A stretch of 60,997 nucleotides of DNA. It comes from Actinomycetota bacterium. GTDB taxonomy: Bacteria; Actinomycetota; UBA4738; HRBIN12. The number at the start of each line of letters is the position of its first letter. Positions within the stretch are counted from its first letter, which is position 1. Shown piece by piece: positions 58,148-60,997 of the stretch. The stretch covers positions 1 to 60,997 of the forward strand of contig JBEVGU010000101.1 in the NCBI GenBank assembly GCA_040511595.1, given 5' to 3'. Both the position numbers and the translations under genes were made by a program. Under the pieces are notes generated by a model, which did not search any database, was not told the DNA's origin, and worked only from the letters and a program-made list of their open reading frames with translations.

Positions 58148-58339
58148 CTACGGGATGTCGACCTTCTCGAACTGCTGGTTCGTGACCTGCCCCACCCACG
58201 CCACGGCACCGACGACGACGATGAAGATGAGCGCCAGCATCAACGCGTATTCCACGGCAGTCGCGCCCCGGTCCTCCAGCACCCGGTCGCAGATCGCCGC
58301 TCGCCAGACCTGGGCCTTCGCATACAGCCGCAGGATCAT
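58148..58339 (-). CDS. flp: Flp/Fap-family type IVb (Tad) pilin prepilin
   Basis: 3' part of ORF 58148..58495 from ATG 58339 (GAAGGAGG SD). The 63-aa product has G/ATAVEYALMLALI, the Flp processing motif plus hydrophobic helix. Confidence 0.75.
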   Translation of the reverse strand: MILRLYAKAQVWRAAICDRVLEDRGATAVEYALMLALIFIVVVGAVAWVGQVTNQQFEKVDIP

Positions 58340-58452
58340 GCGGGAACCTCCTTCTCGTACGGTCGGTCGGTGAGCCGGCCGGACCACGGCCGGCGCACAC
58401 GCCCGTCTCATGTGGGTATCGGCTGCAGGGACCCGTGGATTGAGCGCCCAGC

Positions 58453-58458
58453 TAGGCT
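58453..58458 (+). promoter_or_regulatory. -10 hexamer TAGGCT, 6 nt upstream of GTG 58465 (leaderless-type)
   Basis: TAGGCT-GAAGGC-GTG. Confidence 0.4.
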
Positions 58459-58464
58459 GAAGGC

Positions 58465-59244
58465 GTGCTGAGCGAGGTCGAAGACCGGGTCGCACTGGTG
58501 ACTGGAGCGGGCAGCCCCACGGGCATCGGCTTCGCGTGCGCGAGGGTGCTGGTGCGCGAGGGAGCCGTCGTCGCGATCGCCTCGACCACGCCGCGCATCG
58601 AGGAGCGCGCCGCCGAGCTCCATGCCGGAGGAGCCGAGGTCGCCGGATTCGTGGCAGACCTCGCCGACCGCGAGCAGGCTCTGGCGATGGTCGACCGGGT
58701 GTCGGCGACGTTCGGTCGCGTCGACGTCGTCGTGAACAACGCGGGCATGGTGAACGTGGGCATGGCGGGTGAAGGAACCGATGCGTTCGCGGACATGACG
58801 GATGCCGCGTGGAACCTCGACATCGCGCTCAACCTGCACACCGCGTACCACGTGACGAGGCCACTCGTGGGGGGCATGATCGAGCGCGGATGGGGACGCG
58901 TCGTCATGGTGTCGTCCGTCACCGGCCCGCTCGTGGCGATCCCCGGTTCGGCGGGCTACGCAGCCGGGAAGGCAGGCATGGACGGGCTGATGCGCGGCCT
59001 TGCGATCGAGCTCGGCCCGAGCGGCGTCACCGTGAACTCGGTCGCCCCGGGCTGGATCGCGTCGGGATCGCAGACCCCGGAGGAAGCCGCTTCCGGCCGC
59101 AGTACGCCCTTGGGTCGATCGGGCCGGCCGGATGAGGTGGCGGAGGTGGTGGCGTTCCTGGCGAGCGATCGGGCGAGCTACATCACGGGACAATCGGTCG
59201 TGGTCGACGGGGGGAACACGATCCAGGAGATGAAGGGCCCCTAG
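58465..59244 (+). CDS. Short-chain dehydrogenase/reductase (FabG-like)
   Basis: ORF 58465..59244. Motifs: VTGAGSPTGIG, NNAG, YAAGKAG. Confidence 0.9.
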   Translation: MLSEVEDRVALVTGAGSPTGIGFACARVLVREGAVVAIASTTPRIEERAAELHAGGAEVAGFVADLADREQALAMVDRVSATFGRVDVVVNNAGMVNVGMAGEGTDAFADMTDAAWNLDIALNLHTAYHVTRPLVGGMIERGWGRVVMVSSVTGPLVAIPGSAGYAAGKAGMDGLMRGLAIELGPSGVTVNSVAPGWIASGSQTPEEAASGRSTPLGRSGRPDEVAEVVAFLASDRASYITGQSVVVDGGNTIQEMKGP

Positions 59245-59248
59245 CCGC

Positions 59249-60010
59249 GTGCTCCGATCGCTGCTCCGTCCCCGCTGGATCGGCCTCACCGTGTTCGCGT
59301 TGGTCGTGGCCGCCCTCTGCGTGTGGCTCGGGATATGGCAGCTCGATCGGCTCCACGGCCGCCGGGAGGTCAACGCGCGATACGCGGCCGGCCTGGCCGA
59401 GGCGCCGGTGGCGCTGGAGGACCTGCTCGCCGCCGGGACGCCGCTCGCCTACCGGCGAGCGACGGCGACCGGGAGGTACGACACCGCCCACGAGGTGATC
59501 CTCTACGGACGCACGCTCGACGGACAGCCGGGCAACCACGTCCTGACACCCCTCGTGCTCGACGACGGACGCGCCGTGATCGTCGATCGTGGATGGGTGC
59601 CGTTCGAGTTGGACGAGCCGCCCATTGCCGAGGCCGCTCCACCCGGCGGCGAGGTGGAGGTCGAGGGGATCCTGCTCGCCGACCAGCCTGGCGGGGCGGG
59701 CGAGGCGGGGCCGGGCCAAGACCGGATCACCACGGTGCGCTCCGTGGACATCGGCGCGATCGGACGCGACGTTCCCTACGAGCTCGAGCCGTGGTTCCTG
59801 CAGCTGCAGCACGGGTCGCCCTCGAGCGGGGAGCTGCCGGTGCCCGAGCCGCCGCCCGAGCTCACCGACGGCCCCCATCTGAACTACGCGCTCCAGTGGT
59901 TCGCGTTCGCAACGATCGCCGTGGTTGGGTACGGCATCCTGGTGCGCCGCGAGATGCGCGACGAACGCAGGGTCTCCGCCGGGTCGTCCTCCCGGCTCGA
60001 GCCGGGCTGA
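59249..60010 (+). CDS. SURF1-family cytochrome oxidase assembly protein
   Basis: ORF 59249..60010. N- and C-terminal TM helices, plus WQLDRL, VDRGWVP and HLNYALQWF. Confidence 0.8.
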   Translation: MLRSLLRPRWIGLTVFALVVAALCVWLGIWQLDRLHGRREVNARYAAGLAEAPVALEDLLAAGTPLAYRRATATGRYDTAHEVILYGRTLDGQPGNHVLTPLVLDDGRAVIVDRGWVPFELDEPPIAEAAPPGGEVEVEGILLADQPGGAGEAGPGQDRITTVRSVDIGAIGRDVPYELEPWFLQLQHGSPSSGELPVPEPPPELTDGPHLNYALQWFAFATIAVVGYGILVRREMRDERRVSAGSSSRLEPG

Positions 60011-60027
60011 GACCGCCCGGGTGTGTT

Positions 60028-60075
60028 GGTTCCTTGCCGCATTCCGGTCCCATCATGGTTCCGGAGCAAGGAACC
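60028..60075. repeat. Perfect 10-bp inverted repeat GGTTCCTTGC-N28-GCAAGGAACC at the junction between SURF1 and the permease relic
   Basis: Arms at 60028-60037 and 60066-60075. An inner 5-bp TCCGG/CCGGA pair is also present. This is locally the least GC-rich stretch in the window. Confidence 0.7.
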
Positions 60076-60098
60076 TGGAGCAATCGGAAGCGCGTCAA

Positions 60099-60491
60099 CC
60101 TTGGCTCGCGGCGATCGGCTACGCAGCGATCTACGCGCGCATGACCCGGTCGAACGTGATCGAGACGATGAGCGAGGACTACATCCGGACGGCGCGCGCG
60201 AAGGGACTCCCCGAACGCACCGTGATCGCCAAGCACGGCCTGCGAGGCGCCCTCACGCCCGTGGTCACGATGCTCGGGGTCGACCTCGGCACCTTGCTCG
60301 GCGGGCTGTTCATCACGGAAGCGCTCTTCGGGTTGCCGGGCGTGGGCCAGCTCGCCGTGGAATCGATCACTCGGCAGGACTTCCCCATGGTGATGGGCAT
60401 CACGGTGCTCGGAGCGCTGTTCATCGCAATCGCGAACCTGATCGTCGACGTGGCCTACGCCGTGCTCGACCCCCGCGTGCGATACAGCTGA
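60099..60491 (+). pseudogene. 5'-truncated ABC transporter permease (DppB/OppB-type), C-terminal about 130 aa only
   Basis: 3' part of ORF 59925..60491. WLAAIGYAAIYARMTRSNVIETMSEDYIRTARAKGLPERTVIAKHGLRGALTPVV ... DPRVRYS matches the EAA-loop-to-C-terminus region of Dpp/Opp permeases. The N-terminal TM half, partner permease, ATPase and binding-protein genes are absent. Confidence 0.6.
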
Positions 60492-60514
60492 GGAGCCCGC
60501 GGCCGGGGAGCTCG

Positions 60515-60904
60515 TCAGCGGTTGCGCAGGCTCTCGGCGGCCATGTCGAAGTAGTCCGTCAGAGCGACCGCCATGTCGTCGGGAGGATCGAGCGCCACCA
60601 CCGCTTCACGCATCCGCTCGAGCCAGTGGTCTCGTTCCTCCGTCCCGATCGCGAAGGGGATGTGTCGCATGCGCAGGCGAGGATGCCCCCGCTCGTCGCT
60701 GTAGTCCCGAGGCCCTCCCCAGTACTGGGCCAGGAACAACGTCAGGTGCCGTCTCGCGGGGGCGAGATCGTCGGGCTGCGGGTACAGGCGCAGCAGCACC
60801 GGGTCGCCAGCCACCCCCTCGTAGAACCGGTCGACGAGCGCCTCGAAGAACGCCATGCCGCCCACAGCGTCGTACAGGCTCTGGCCCTGCGGTGCCTCGC
60901 TCAT
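60515..60904 (-). CDS. glbO: Group II truncated hemoglobin (trHbO)
   Basis: ORF 60515..60904. Motifs: SLYDAVGGMAFFEALVDRFYEGV, HPRLRMRHIPF. Confidence 0.85.
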   Translation of the reverse strand: MSEAPQGQSLYDAVGGMAFFEALVDRFYEGVAGDPVLLRLYPQPDDLAPARRHLTLFLAQYWGGPRDYSDERGHPRLRMRHIPFAIGTEERDHWLERMREAVVALDPPDDMAVALTDYFDMAAESLRNR

Positions 60905-60911
60905 GCCTCCG

Positions 60912-60917
60912 AGTGTA
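60912..60917 (-). promoter_or_regulatory. -10 hexamer TACACT, 7 nt upstream of ATG 60904 (leaderless-type)
   Basis: The minus strand reads TACACT-CGGAGGC-ATG. Confidence 0.4.
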
Positions 60918-60997
60918 CGGAGGGCCTCAAGCGGCGAGGCAGGTCGGCCCCGTGGGGTGTTTCCTAGGGAGCCGGTGCGGGCGGTGGCTCCTCCTCA

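Noticed and set aside
58160-58185. LexA-box-like TCGAAC-TGCTG-GTTCG inside the flp gene, and CGAAC-T-GTTCG at about 9330
   Set aside because: The spacer lengths are wrong (5 nt and 1 nt instead of 4), and both sites are intragenic.
60964-60997. Possible 3' end of another minus-strand gene (...EEEPPPAPAP-stop)
   Set aside because: Only 11 codons are in the window, which is too little to support a call.

Overview
This is a very GC-rich, densely packed chromosomal segment of actinobacterial type. Markers for that assignment are a WhiB regulator, DinB/mycothiol-type enzymes, a deazaflavin-family reductase and many leaderless-looking genes. The gene order (GT4 ... exonuclease/GIY-YIG ... gcvT ... 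E2-lipB ... lipA ... rnpB-RNase H-Zn ribbon) recalls, from memory, the Mycobacterium Rv2188c-Rv2229c region; this needs checking.

I support about 63 protein genes, one ncRNA (RNase P RNA, invisible to the ORF track), one gene relic and a set of regulatory sites. Content is mostly housekeeping:
- Fe-S and sulfur trafficking: sufB-DinB-sufD-Rieske-sufC-sufS-sufU, sufT, rhodanese, an A-type carrier, a second cysteine desulfurase, ygfZ, WhiB.
- Lipoate and 2-oxoacid metabolism: gcvT, lpd, two E1 alpha/beta pairs, one E2, lipB, lipA, plus ferredoxin-dependent korAB.
- metH, two heptose-pathway genes, two sensor kinases, transporters and DNA repair genes.

I recognised no transposase, integrase, phage gene, CRISPR array, tRNA or rRNA. 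Many long ORFs in the track are Arg/Ala/Pro/Gly-rich antisense or out-of-frame artefacts of high GC. Many real genes are only the 3' part of a listed ORF, so I re-trimmed starts using SD sites, start/stop overlaps and -10 boxes.

I found no clear-cut new system. The best candidates for unexplored biology are:
- a leaderless five-gene operon made of an atypical stand-alone receiver, three tiny uncharacterisable proteins and a deazaflavin-type reductase (7490-8876);
- a DinB-family gene plus an internal leaderless promoter splitting the suf operon;
- a perfect LexA box inside the promoter of the exonuclease/GIY-YIG gene;
- rnpB abutting mug with no room for separate transcription signals;
- a 281-nt structured leader upstream of the rhodanese gene;
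- a histidine kinase whose input domain is a degenerate copy of its partner's receiver.

All family assignments rest on motif recognition by eye. No database search was run.
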